Assembly: GCA_020184695.1 (NCBI GenBank)
Contig: JAANOX010000113.1
Coordinates: 102,257-166,256, forward strand
Direction of reading: 5' to 3'
DNA: 64,000 nt
Source: Histomonas meleagridis 2922-C6/04-290x
Lineage: Eukaryota; Protista; Parabasalia
Below are positions 10,521-21,288 of the stretch, one piece after another; position 1 is the first letter of the stretch; each line of letters opens with the position of its first letter. The position numbers and the translations under genes are program-made. Under the pieces are notes generated by a model that did not search any database, was not told the DNA's origin, and saw only the letters and a list, made by a program, of their open reading frames with translations.

Positions 10521-13500
10521 ATGAGCACAATCGAGAATAATTCTTCTATAAATTCTTCCACAATTCAGACTACCCATCTCACAACTATTGATGATCAAAT
10601 AATTTCAGCTCAGAAACGCGAATCATTACTTTATCCACTTTATTCCGAAATTTCTCAATTTGTTCATATTCCTCTTCCTTTTTACCTACTAGAAATTCTT
10701 CTTCTAGTTGTTCAAGTTATTGTATGTTGTTACTGGCCATTAAACCTACAAATTTATCCAAATGAAGATAGTAAGTTTCGTTTTATTCATTTTATTCAGT
10801 ATGCACTTGATTTTGGAATAACAAAAGTAAACTGGGATAGAACAATTTTATACTATATCATTATGTTTGTAGTATGTGTATTGATTTTTGGATGGCATAT
10901 TATTGTAACAGTTTTATATTCAAAAACACGACAATACTCCAAACCCTTTTTATACATTTCCCACGTTATACAGATTATTGTTGTACCATGTTGTCTTGGC
11001 TGGTTTCCAACATTTGCCGGATATGCAGTTTATAATCTTGGGATTGAAGCCACTTCTAATACGACCACTGGCTATACTTTAGCTGTTGCTATAATTTCCA
11101 CTATATTTTCTTTTGGATTATTATTTTATGGAATTTTTTCATATGGCTTAACATGTCGTAATACAGTCTTTACTTATACGCCATTTTCAGCCTGGGATCC
11201 CACCATTGTTAGTGTCTTTTATTCCTTTACAGCCATCACATCATTTTTCGGCCCAATTTTAAGTTTATTTCCATCGTGGGTCACTTTTATCGTCCAGATC
11301 ATTGTTTTAATTTTTTTAATATATTCTCAACTTAAAATATTTCAATTTCCATTTCATTTCTTTTTCATGCATTATGTGACTTCATTAATTCCAGGATTTT
11401 ATCTATCCACACAAATAGTAATTGTACCAATGATATTTGGAGTTAAAATGTCAGAAACGATTTTTTTATTAGTTTCAATTTGTATATTAGTTATAGAGTT
11501 TGTTGTAATGTCAATCATTCTCATTATTAAGAAAAACAAAATTATTAAATCATTATCATATTCTTCATTACCTGATGGGATTGAAAGAACAGAAGAAATC
11601 AAAAAGAAACAATTACAAGAGTATGAAATTGATGAGAATTATATATCATCATATTTACGAGTTGGTATTGCATATGCATGTGATTTTTTTATTGATTTTT
11701 CATTACCTAAATTTATGATTGAGAATTATAAATCATTAGATGTATTAATTGAAACTACACAAGCGATATCATTTTTTACAGGTAAACATTTTCTTTTAGG
11801 ACATTGTTTATCATTATTACAACAATATAAAAACTTAACAATATTTTATCAATTCTTAATTTACCAAATGAAGAAAATTCATGTGTTAAGACAATCGTCA
11901 TTACCACGAGAAGCTTTTTCAAAGATTAATAAAATATCAAAAGAATCATCAGATGCTATACGTTCAATTCGACAATTTTGGAATGAGATTTCATTACCAC
12001 ATTCGAAAATTGATTTCCATCAAATAGTTACTATACAAGATACAAGTAATAAATATCGTACAATATATTTTGATTTATCAGATAAATATCCAAATAACAT
12101 AGAGATTAGTAAAGAATATTGTAACTTCTTAATAGAAGGAGCAGGAGATTTTAAAGAAGCAAGTAAATGGTATTATAAAGCGATGATGTTAGAACAAGGG
12201 AAACATTTAAATGTCGATCATTCATTCGTTTCATTAATGAATATATTCCCAAAATATTTAATTAATGAAATAGTTAATATTAGAGGTGAATTCATCGAAA
12301 ATAATGATAAGAAAAGTAAACTTAATAATAATGCTGATGCATCTTTATTAAGTTCTTTATTAAGTAGTTCTACGAATGGAAGTGAAATTGGACAAAAATT
12401 AGAAGAAGTTACTACCGGAATGATAAAGAATTCACGTTTAAGATTATCATTACAAAATGCATTAAATACTTTCGAATATCCTGGATTAAAGACGTCGAAA
12501 TTCATTACAATACTTCAAGCTATTTTCATTGTATTATTTTTAATAATATTTTGTATTACAATTCTATCACCTACTTCAGGTATTTATGCTATTGTTGAAG
12601 AAATATTATATTTTGGTGATACTTATATATCATCTGAATATTCGACATTTATTTCATCATTATTATTTAATACACATCCATTAATTAATGAATTTGAAGG
12701 GTTAAATAAAGTTAATGAATATACACATTATCCAATTATTAATATTACATCGAATAATAACTCATTAAATAATGGGGAAATAATTATATCAAAACAATCG
12801 AAAAATGGAATCATTAATTTATTAGAATTAATGAATAGTTTATTAAGTCAATCAGATAAAAGAGGCGCAACATTTGAAGACTTATTATATCAAATGTTTT
12901 CTATGAATTTATCAATGAATTTACATATCCAACAATTAAATAGTGAACAAAAGTCGATTAGAGGTGTAATCTTTGAATCATTAAATTATTATTTACATTC
13001 GACTGGTTATTGGGAAAGTGAACAAAAGAATACAATAAATTATTTGGATTCATTATATACTGGTTCATATAATATATTTCATATCAATGAAAACTTGGCT
13101 AAAATTAAAGATGGAATCGCTAGTGATGGTAATGATTATGTTAATTCTGTTTATGATATATATTTAATATTATTATTATTAATTTCGATATTATTTTTCA
13201 TAATGTTTGCTGGATTACAATTTTATTCTATTAGTTCTTTATATAGAAATTGTAATAATATAATAAAAGTATTAAAAGAAGTTAAGAAAGATACAATTAA
13301 ATTATCATTAAAATCAATTTCGAAACTTGATAAATCAAAGAAAAATAGGAAAACTAAAAGTTCTACACAATTATTAATCAAACATAATTTTTCATATATA
13401 TTTTTACCTTATATGACAATAATCACATTAATAACTAATACAGTAATGATAGTATTAGTCTTTTATATCGCACGATTACGTATACAAGACATAGGTAAAT

Positions 13501-15236
13501 TAATCGTATGGTTTAACATAGCGAATACACGATTTGGATCATTATATGAAACAGTTGGTTTAATAGGTTATATTTGTTCATTATCTAATGAAAATGACAT
13601 TAACGAATTAACAAAGTTCTTATTACCTACATATGAAACATTTAAAGATTCATGGACTTCAATGTTAACTGGTAATGAAGAAGTAGTTCGTTTTATGGGT
13701 GTTGATGAAGATTTAGATGAAATCCATTTCACTGATACTTGTAATGATTTATATACCGAAATTTATAAATTTTATAATTGTTTATCATTAGATCGAAAGA
13801 TAATTCAAGCAGATATATTATTAAAGAGTTTAATTCAAACAATACAATTAAAAGGAGCGAAAAACATAAATTTAAATTCGGAAGAAAAATATTCGAATTT
13901 AGTATTATTATGTGAATTTTATTTATACGATAATTTAATCACATTTCAAAATTATTTCGAAACTTATGGTAATTCACAAACAGCCACATTTACAAATGAA
14001 ACTCAAATGTTTTCTATTATATTTATGTTCATATCAATTATATTATTTATATTACAATTTTTATTATATAATTCATTTAATAAATTTATCGATGGAGTTA
14101 AAACATTAATTCGATTCTTACCACCAGAATCAATCATTGAAAACAACTCATTAATGGAATTAATCATTGATAACAAAGAAGAAGATGAAGATAAAAAATA
14201 TTTATCACCTGCACAAACGATAATTTCTTCATTATCATATCCAATCATATTAATTAATCCTGATTTAACTATTATATCAATTAATAAATCCGCAGAAAAC
14301 ATTACTGGAATGATCAATCAACAAGTCATTGGTAGTCATTTAACTACATTTATACCATACATAGATAATAATACTAATAATGTCTCTGATTTATATATAA
14401 ACATTGAACGAATTAAACAAAATGAAATAAATTCGATTTCAATTAGAGTTAACATAAATAATGCATTATCACAAATCGATTTAATAGGTATTCATAGTCA
14501 AATGAATGAAAACATTAATTCGTTAGCATTAAGTATTCATAGTATGAAGAAAGAAGAAGACTTACGACTAAATGCAATCGAATCCAAACAAAAGACAGAA
14601 GAAATAATACAAAAACATTTACCGAAATCAATAATGTATGGTTTAGATCAACATGAAAAAGATGATTCTTCTTATTATGTCTCTGATAATTGTACAATAA
14701 TATCAATCGAAATCATTGGTATTTTAGATAGTGTATTTAATATGACGCCAAAACAAACATTTGAAATATTACGGAAAATTTATTTATATTTCGATGATAT
14801 CATAAAGAAATATCCGTCGTTGATAATAATGAAGAAAAATGAACAAAACATTATATTATGTAGTGGTTTGTTCGATTTCGCTGATCAACCAAAACTACAA
14901 ATTGCGCAATCATTAAACTTTTGTAATGAAATCATTAACGCAACGGACGATTTAAGTGAACAATTGATGTTGGACATTACATTTAACATAGCAATTGTGT
15001 TCGGAGGACCAATCGCAGGTAATATATTATGTAAAAGTTATCCAACATTCGAATTGGTCGGAAACTTGTTGGAGACAGTGATGGTGTTTCTGGAGGACGA
15101 AAGCATAGGAATAATCAAAATGAACAAGGAGGCAATGGACTTGATGGACAAGAGAGAGTTTGTGATAGATAAGGAAAAGGAAATAAGAGAAAAGAACGTG
15201 AAAATGTTTTTCGTGAAAAAGGTGCTGACAAAGTAA
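10521..15236 (+). CDS. Multi-pass membrane adenylate/guanylate cyclase family protein with PAS domain; class III catalytic domain degenerate
   Basis: Multiple TM helices, PAS-like YPIILINPDLTIISINKSAENITG, then a cyclase-homology region (LQKHLPK-like segment, IAIVFGGPIAGNILCKSYPTFELVG). Typical parabasalid architecture. Confidence 0.85.
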   Translation: MSTIENNSSINSSTIQTTHLTTIDDQIISAQKRESLLYPLYSEISQFVHIPLPFYLLEILLLVVQVIVCCYWPLNLQIYPNEDSKFRFIHFIQYALDFGITKVNWDRTILYYIIMFVVCVLIFGWHIIVTVLYSKTRQYSKPFLYISHVIQIIVVPCCLGWFPTFAGYAVYNLGIEATSNTTTGYTLAVAIISTIFSFGLLFYGIFSYGLTCRNTVFTYTPFSAWDPTIVSVFYSFTAITSFFGPILSLFPSWVTFIVQIIVLIFLIYSQLKIFQFPFHFFFMHYVTSLIPGFYLSTQIVIVPMIFGVKMSETIFLLVSICILVIEFVVMSIILIIKKNKIIKSLSYSSLPDGIERTEEIKKKQLQEYEIDENYISSYLRVGIAYACDFFIDFSLPKFMIENYKSLDVLIETTQAISFFTGKHFLLGHCLSLLQQYKNLTIFYQFLIYQMKKIHVLRQSSLPREAFSKINKISKESSDAIRSIRQFWNEISLPHSKIDFHQIVTIQDTSNKYRTIYFDLSDKYPNNIEISKEYCNFLIEGAGDFKEASKWYYKAMMLEQGKHLNVDHSFVSLMNIFPKYLINEIVNIRGEFIENNDKKSKLNNNADASLLSSLLSSSTNGSEIGQKLEEVTTGMIKNSRLRLSLQNALNTFEYPGLKTSKFITILQAIFIVLFLIIFCITILSPTSGIYAIVEEILYFGDTYISSEYSTFISSLLFNTHPLINEFEGLNKVNEYTHYPIINITSNNNSLNNGEIIISKQSKNGIINLLELMNSLLSQSDKRGATFEDLLYQMFSMNLSMNLHIQQLNSEQKSIRGVIFESLNYYLHSTGYWESEQKNTINYLDSLYTGSYNIFHINENLAKIKDGIASDGNDYVNSVYDIYLILLLLISILFFIMFAGLQFYSISSLYRNCNNIIKVLKEVKKDTIKLSLKSISKLDKSKKNRKTKSSTQLLIKHNFSYIFLPYMTIITLITNTVMIVLVFYIARLRIQDIGKLIVWFNIANTRFGSLYETVGLIGYICSLSNENDINELTKFLLPTYETFKDSWTSMLTGNEEVVRFMGVDEDLDEIHFTDTCNDLYTEIYKFYNCLSLDRKIIQADILLKSLIQTIQLKGAKNINLNSEEKYSNLVLLCEFYLYDNLITFQNYFETYGNSQTATFTNETQMFSIIFMFISIILFILQFLLYNSFNKFIDGVKTLIRFLPPESIIENNSLMELIIDNKEEDEDKKYLSPAQTIISSLSYPIILINPDLTIISINKSAENITGMINQQVIGSHLTTFIPYIDNNTNNVSDLYINIERIKQNEINSISIRVNINNALSQIDLIGIHSQMNENINSLALSIHSMKKEEDLRLNAIESKQKTEEIIQKHLPKSIMYGLDQHEKDDSSYYVSDNCTIISIEIIGILDSVFNMTPKQTFEILRKIYLYFDDIIKKYPSLIIMKKNEQNIILCSGLFDFADQPKLQIAQSLNFCNEIINATDDLSEQLMLDITFNIAIVFGGPIAGNILCKSYPTFELVGNLLETVMVFLEDESIGIIKMNKEAMDLMDKREFVIDKEKEIREKNVKMFFVKKVLTK

Positions 15237-15309
15237 CTGTAAGAAATTATTCTGTTTTGTAAATATTTTATTTGTGTGAATTGTTATTTTAGGTGAAGAA
15301 ATGTTCAAT

Positions 15310-15510
15310 GCGATTTTTATATTATCGTTAGTGAAAATGTTTTACGTATAAAGGGAACGAAGAAATATTTGACTTCGGTTTTTATATTATCGATAGTTGA
15401 AAATACTTTAAGTGAATAAGGTAACGAAGAAATAATAATTAGAAATATTTGACTTCGGTTTTTATTTATTATCAGTTGTAAATACTCTAAATGAAGAAGG
15501 TAATGAAATT
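15310..15510. repeat. Degenerate direct repeat, 2-3 copies of about 65-80 bp, downstream of the cyclase gene
   Basis: agaaatatttgacttcggtttttat occurs at about 15361 and 15441, and aacgaagaaata occurs twice. A weaker copy lies upstream. Confidence 0.6.
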
Positions 15511-15862
15511 AATTTCTTTTATATGCATTTTATTTGATTTTAATAATTCTTAATTCATTTGATTGAAAATGTTTTTGATGCATAAATATTTATATTATTC
15601 ATTGCGAAACATTTATATCATAGTCAAAGTGAGAATTATTATATTTTTAAAAACACATAAAAAAATTACTTTTCTATAAACTTAGTACACGATCGAAGAA
15701 GTTCAATGAAAATTTGATGCTCATAATTACAGTTTGTTATCATATATTCACAAATGAGAAATATTTTTGGATTTGTAACCAGAAATTAACGAAAATGTTT
15801 TATATCTTTTGTTAATATAAATTAAAATTCAGATATTGGATGATTTAATAAGTATAATGTGA

Positions 15863-16747
15863 TTAATCGCAGCAGCAGCAATCTGAGCCGCAGCAACAGC
15901 AGCATCCCGATGAGCAACATGATCCTCCGCCGCCGCACTTACATTTACAGCATCCATCGCATTTGCAACAATTGCAAGAGCAGCAGCTGCAACAAGAACT
16001 GGAATTTTTGCTCCGACTGCTGTTGCTATCATTTTTATCATTACCATTGTCATCGTTGTTATCATTACCATTATCATTGTTATCATTACCATTGTCATCA
16101 CCATTATCATCATTATTATCATTGTCATCGTTTTCGTCACCATCATCTTCATCATCATCGTCGTCATCATCATCATCATCTTCCTCTTCTTCATCATTTC
16201 TTAAGAGATCTGCTGCTTTCTTAAGAACTTTTTTAATATTTTTCTTTTTGTATGCTGTGCATTCAACATAATGTAAACCATTATTCTTGAAAGCTTCTTT
16301 CGCATCTTTAAAGGCTATCACGGGATACCCACTTTGCATATATTGCTTGCGTAAATCAGTCTGTAAACCAATAATTAATTTAAGTTTTGGCCTATCGTGC
16401 TGATATGATGCGAGAGTTGGAAGCCAATAATTAAATATATCTTGGTATGACTGTGGATTGATAACAGAGAAGCAAATCATAAAAACATCTGTATATGGAA
16501 AACATTGATATCTCTGATATTCATCAGTTGATGATGTATCACAAAATATAAATCTCCAGTTCTCTTCTTTGGAAGGAATTTCAAAATCTTTTTTGTAGGT
16601 TTCAATAACTTGTAAAATACCATTCTTAGGAAAATTTCCGTTTTTATATGTCATAAGATAAGATGACTTACCAACCTGTGGAGACCCAATAAAGGTTAGC
16701 TTATGTTCATGATTCAGATGGGGCTTTTCGTTATATTTATTATTCAT
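15863..16747 (-). CDS. Atypical Rho-family small GTPase with acidic D/N tract and Cys-rich C-terminal tail
   Basis: G1 GSPQVGKS, G3 DTSSTDEY, Rho-type FMICFSV, G4 LQTDLR, G5 ECTA. Then a poly-D/N linker and 23 Cys in the last 43 aa. Confidence 0.85.
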   Translation of the reverse strand: MNNKYNEKPHLNHEHKLTFIGSPQVGKSSYLMTYKNGNFPKNGILQVIETYKKDFEIPSKEENWRFIFCDTSSTDEYQRYQCFPYTDVFMICFSVINPQSYQDIFNYWLPTLASYQHDRPKLKLIIGLQTDLRKQYMQSGYPVIAFKDAKEAFKNNGLHYVECTAYKKKNIKKVLKKAADLLRNDEEEEDDDDDDDDDDEDDGDENDDNDNNDDNGDDNGNDNNDNGNDNNDDNGNDKNDSNSSRSKNSSSCCSCCSCNCCKCDGCCKCKCGGGGSCCSSGCCCCCGSDCCCCD

Positions 16748-17444
16748 TCCACAAAATGATCATTTCGTTGCAACGAACTACAGTCAAAACCCAAAAAATG
16801 TTCTCAATTTTTGTACGTGTTGTTGTGACCGGAAAAAAATTTTCAGTGGATTACTTTGTACTGTGCAATAATTATTTTTGAAAATTTCACGTTTTTTATT
16901 AATACATTTATATTTTAACTAGGATATATTATTTAAAATACAATTTAAAATATTTTTTATAGTTTGGAATATCTTAAATATCGAGTATTATACGATAAAT
17001 TATTTTATGGATTGTCAAAAGAGGTCGAAGAAACAGAAAATCCGACGGTTTTGCATGCTGTCAAAATTTGACTATAAAATGACATGTCAAATCGGTTATC
17101 CCTCACAAGATAATAGGTTAAACAATTAAATATTTTTCAAAATAATAAGCAAATTTCTTAAGCATTGGCATCAATTTATTTTGTTCACAAAATGAAATAC
17201 TTTCAAAGATTTCCTTCAAACGAATTGTCATAATAAATTTTAATTAATTTTGAAAATATTTGATATTTAATACATGCAAAACATATGTTGTTTCATTAAT
17301 ATTTTGCTTTTGCTCAATAAATATCAAACAAATTCAGAATATGCACTATTAGTAATGACAATGAAATTGTTTTTGCACACTAAGTATTCAATATTTTTGC
17401 AGATACTATTTATTGTGATGTAATTTTGCTAATATCCATTGCAT

Positions 17445-17814
17445 GTGATGATTACACATTTCATATTGTGCTGTATGTAATAATTACACATTTCATATTG
17501 TGCTGTATGTAATAATTACACATTTCATATTGTGCTGTATGTAATAATTACACATTTCATATTGTGCTGTATGTAATAATTACACATTTCATATTGTGCT
17601 GTATGTAATAATTACACATTTCATATTGTGCTGTATGTAATGATTACACATTTCATATTGTGCTGTATGTAATAATTACACATTTCATATTGTGCTGTAT
17701 GTAATGATTACACATTTCATATTGTGCTGTATGTAATAATTACACATTTCATATTGTGCTGTATGTAATGATTACACATTTCATATTGTGCTGTTTGCAA
17801 TATTACACATTTCA
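17445..17814. repeat. Minisatellite: 11 full copies plus a partial copy of the 32-bp unit gtaat(a/g)attacacatttcatattgtgctgtat
   Basis: Head-to-tail units start at 17445 with period 32 and no intervening spacers. Confidence 0.97.
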
Positions 17815-17867
17815 CATTTCTTTTCCCGCAACACGCCGAAAGAGTTATTTTACATTTACTTTTTTAT

Positions 17868-20162
17868 TTACTTTTGCGTCAGCTTTTCCACTTTTGCCGT
17901 AAGCGTGTCAATTTGGTCCTGAATTTGCGCTGCTGAGTCGAAGTCGTCTTGCGCGATTGCCTCTTCCAGTTTTTGGTTCAACTTTTGTATTTCCTCTTCC
18001 ATTTCCTCCTTGCTCATCACCTTCGGCACTTCGGTGTTATCCTTTGCGATTTGTAACATTTCGAGTAACGGCGACAAAAGCTTTTCACCGAACGGCGAGA
18101 TCTTAAACAACGATTTCATTTCCTCAATCGAATTACTGAAGAATTCGAAGTCAAGTTGCAAATAAAGTACTTTCGATTCTTCAAGGTCAACTTGCGCTTT
18201 GGAGATTTCCGATGAATATTGCATAGCTTGTGCTTCCATCTTTTCGATTAATTCGGTTGTTTGAGCTACGAGTGATTCATTTGCAACAATTTGTTCATTC
18301 ATCGATGCGATTTGCTTATTAAGTTGTTGCGCTCCACGGAAGTTCTTTGCTGCTACTGCTGCTTTCTTTGATGTCTCCAGTGTTGGGATTGATGCCTTAG
18401 CTGCCATAAGTTGATCAGATGCTGTTTGAAGTTTACTTCTTAATTCGACAACATCTTCATTGATTTTATTACGTTGTGCTTCATTCTCTTTTTGATTCTT
18501 AAGCGCAGTATCATATTTTTGTTTAAAGGAATCACGTTTTTCAGAATATGAAAAATGATCATGACATAATGTATTAATGATTTTGGCAGCACTTTCACAT
18601 TCACTTGCATCTTTCTCGCCATCATCGATTTGCTTTGCTATCTTATCAATGGCTGCAGTAATGCCAGTGATTTCGATGTCGCGCTTGTCAACCGCATCAA
18701 GCAACGATTGATAGGGTGCCTCAATTTCCTTGACTTTTTGATTGAATTTTTCGGTTTCGATTTTGATGTTATATTGATCGTTTTGCACTTCAATTTTTTC
18801 GTTGTTAAATTGATTCTCTGTGTTTCGGATTTGTTTCTTTGTGTCTTGAATCTTAGACTTAAGTTCGCTGATAGATTTCTTATGCTGATTGATTTGAGCT
18901 TGGAGGTCTTGGATAATTTTGCTGTGCTCTTCTGTTTCGGCTTGATATTGATTCAATTGGTCAACAAACGGTTGCTTGGCCGCATCAATTCGTTGCTGAA
19001 GTTCCTGTTCAAGCGCTTCATGACTTGCACGATGTTCATTTAGTGGCCTTTCAAGCTCTTTAATCGTTTCTTCGTTACGTTTACGCTCAGTGTCAATCGT
19101 TTGTTTATCATTTTCTTGCTCTTCAACAAGAGTGGTCAAACGCTTATCAAGGGCTGACTTACGGACGCGGAGTTGTGGGAGCTCATTTTGTGAGGCTGCA
19201 GCATGAGATAATAAATGTCCAGGCGCATCATTTGAAATTGAAAAAGCGTTGGAAAGAGACCTTATAAATGTGTTTTGTTGCTCGTTGATGAGGTTCTTAG
19301 TGCGGATTATGGATGTATTGAGTTGATCGGCAAGCTCATATTGTTCACTATTAAGTGCATTTATTTGTCGTCTTTCAAGGTCCGAAAGTGTTACCTTGTC
19401 CTTCTTTGTGCTTTCTACTGATGTTTTGATGTCTTTAAGGCAATTCTTGAGGCGTTGAACAAATGAATTTCCTTCTGTATCTAATCCTTCGATTTCATCT
19501 GATACGGCCACAGCTTCACTAGAAGATCCAATTGGAGCTTGAGATGTTTCTTGTTGAACATTTTGAGATGAAAATGAATTAGCACTTGGCGCAGAAAATG
19601 GATTAACTTCTTCTTCTGGTTGGTATTGAGGTGGCGCTGTTTCATTTTCGTTTGATGTAAATGAGAATGAAGATGTTTGTTCTGATTCTTGTGGAATTTC
19701 TGGAGTTGGTTGAGAAGGAGCTAGCTTTGGTGCAGCTGGTTCAGGTGTGGTACTTTCAGCATTTTCTGTTTTTGGTTTGCTTGGGAATAATTGTGCTTTT
19801 TGAGTTGAACTTAAATTTAAATTTGAATCACCTGGTTTCTTGGCAAACCTACTTGGCTTCTTCTTTTTTCCTTGACCTAATACTCTTGGCGTCTTTTTCT
19901 TGTATGCAGGTTTAGGTGCTGCTTTTGGTTGAGGTGCAGATGGCGTTGGTTCAGCTGAAGATCCGAAACTAAACTCAGAAGCAGATTCGCTTTCAGGGTG
20001 TTCCATACCAAAATTAAATGAAGAAGATCCTTCATCATTTGATCCAAAATTGAATGAACTTTCATTGTTTTCTTCAACAGGTCCATCGGTAAAGCTGAAT
20101 GCGCTTTCACCGTTATCTGCACTATCTTGGACAGGCTCGTCTGTGAATCCAAAAGCGCTCAT
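17868..20162 (-). CDS. Coiled-coil protein with N-terminal FxF repeats and C-terminal UVR-like motifs
   Basis: SAFGFT, SAFSFT, SSFNFG x2, SEFSFG, SSFSFT in a low-complexity N-terminus, then long heptads. KKAAVAAKNFRGAQQL and LEEAIAQDDFDSAAQIQDQI resemble UVR repeats. Confidence 0.75.
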   Translation of the reverse strand: MSAFGFTDEPVQDSADNGESAFSFTDGPVEENNESSFNFGSNDEGSSSFNFGMEHPESESASEFSFGSSAEPTPSAPQPKAAPKPAYKKKTPRVLGQGKKKKPSRFAKKPGDSNLNLSSTQKAQLFPSKPKTENAESTTPEPAAPKLAPSQPTPEIPQESEQTSSFSFTSNENETAPPQYQPEEEVNPFSAPSANSFSSQNVQQETSQAPIGSSSEAVAVSDEIEGLDTEGNSFVQRLKNCLKDIKTSVESTKKDKVTLSDLERRQINALNSEQYELADQLNTSIIRTKNLINEQQNTFIRSLSNAFSISNDAPGHLLSHAAASQNELPQLRVRKSALDKRLTTLVEEQENDKQTIDTERKRNEETIKELERPLNEHRASHEALEQELQQRIDAAKQPFVDQLNQYQAETEEHSKIIQDLQAQINQHKKSISELKSKIQDTKKQIRNTENQFNNEKIEVQNDQYNIKIETEKFNQKVKEIEAPYQSLLDAVDKRDIEITGITAAIDKIAKQIDDGEKDASECESAAKIINTLCHDHFSYSEKRDSFKQKYDTALKNQKENEAQRNKINEDVVELRSKLQTASDQLMAAKASIPTLETSKKAAVAAKNFRGAQQLNKQIASMNEQIVANESLVAQTTELIEKMEAQAMQYSSEISKAQVDLEESKVLYLQLDFEFFSNSIEEMKSLFKISPFGEKLLSPLLEMLQIAKDNTEVPKVMSKEEMEEEIQKLNQKLEEAIAQDDFDSAAQIQDQIDTLTAKVEKLTQK

Positions 20163-21288
20163 TTCAAAAAACTGCTACAGATCGTTTTGTGGTGTTGTAA
20201 CCGATTCCAAATTCAATGAAATGTGGCGGTTTTAGATTTGGGTGTGTCATTCGACAAGAATCACTTGTTGCATGATGATTTTGTGTTTTTTTTTATATTA
20301 TGTCATTAATGGCTATTAATCAGTCAATGATTGCATTCAAAAAATACTTAATATTCTTTTAGTTTATTAAAAATCATTTTTGCATCAGATACTTAAAAGT
20401 TATCTTCATATCTATTTTCATGATTAAAACATAATCATTTGTATAATTATACATTTAAAGTATTTTCCCAAGTCACAATTGTGAGAAACATTTAAATGCT
20501 TTTGATTTACTACTTTACTCAAAAGTGGTACATTCAAAAGTGTATTTTGCAGGCAATAATACCAAAGTTAAAAATCTCTTGCTTTATATATATTACACAT
20601 GTTTTTATTCTTTTTACCGGCACTTCTTAATTAAGGCTTATTAATTTCTTCTTGTGATATATTCATACAATATTTTACACTATGAAATTACTGAATCTTC
20701 ATGATAATAATTCTATAACGTGATGAATATTTTTGTAGGCTGCTGGTTTAATGGTCTTCTTGTTATGTTATTTTCATTATATGTAATTTTTTTATTTAAA
20801 GAATTAACGTACAATCTTGACCGTTTATTTGATGACTTCATAAGGCCTTTTGTAATTTTTGCTTTTTCAATGGGTTATTGAAAGTTGTAAATATCATATC
20901 ATCTGCTTTTAAGATTCTGTGTTTAGAGCTATCTTTGGCTTTGTATAAAATTATTGATGTTTCTATTTGGGTATGACAAAAATACTTTTTACTAGAAGTA
21001 ATTATTTTAAATTTTTTTTATTTTTATAATGTATCCATTTATTTAATTTTTTTCGATTTATTTTATATTAAATACTGTTTTCTTCCTCATAATATCCTTT
21101 AATATTTTATTATATTTCAAAAATCATTTGATTATTCATCAATAAAATGAAAAAACGAATGACATCATTTGCCGTTAACTAACGTCATGACTACAAAACT
21201 TTTCCAATTAACGGTTTTATGGTAAACTAATTGAATTTATTTGGATTTTAGGGAAAATTCAAAAGATAAAAAGAAAAAAAAGTGTCAA

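Noticed and set aside
15829-16271. Overlapping ORFs 15829..16197, 15859..16224, 15963..16271 (poly-M, poly-H, poly-S)
   Set aside because: Alternative-frame and antisense shadows of the GAT/AAT/TGC repeats in the Rho tail.
17445-17814. CRISPR array
   Set aside because: Units are directly head-to-tail with no unique spacers, no cas genes are present, and the context is eukaryotic.
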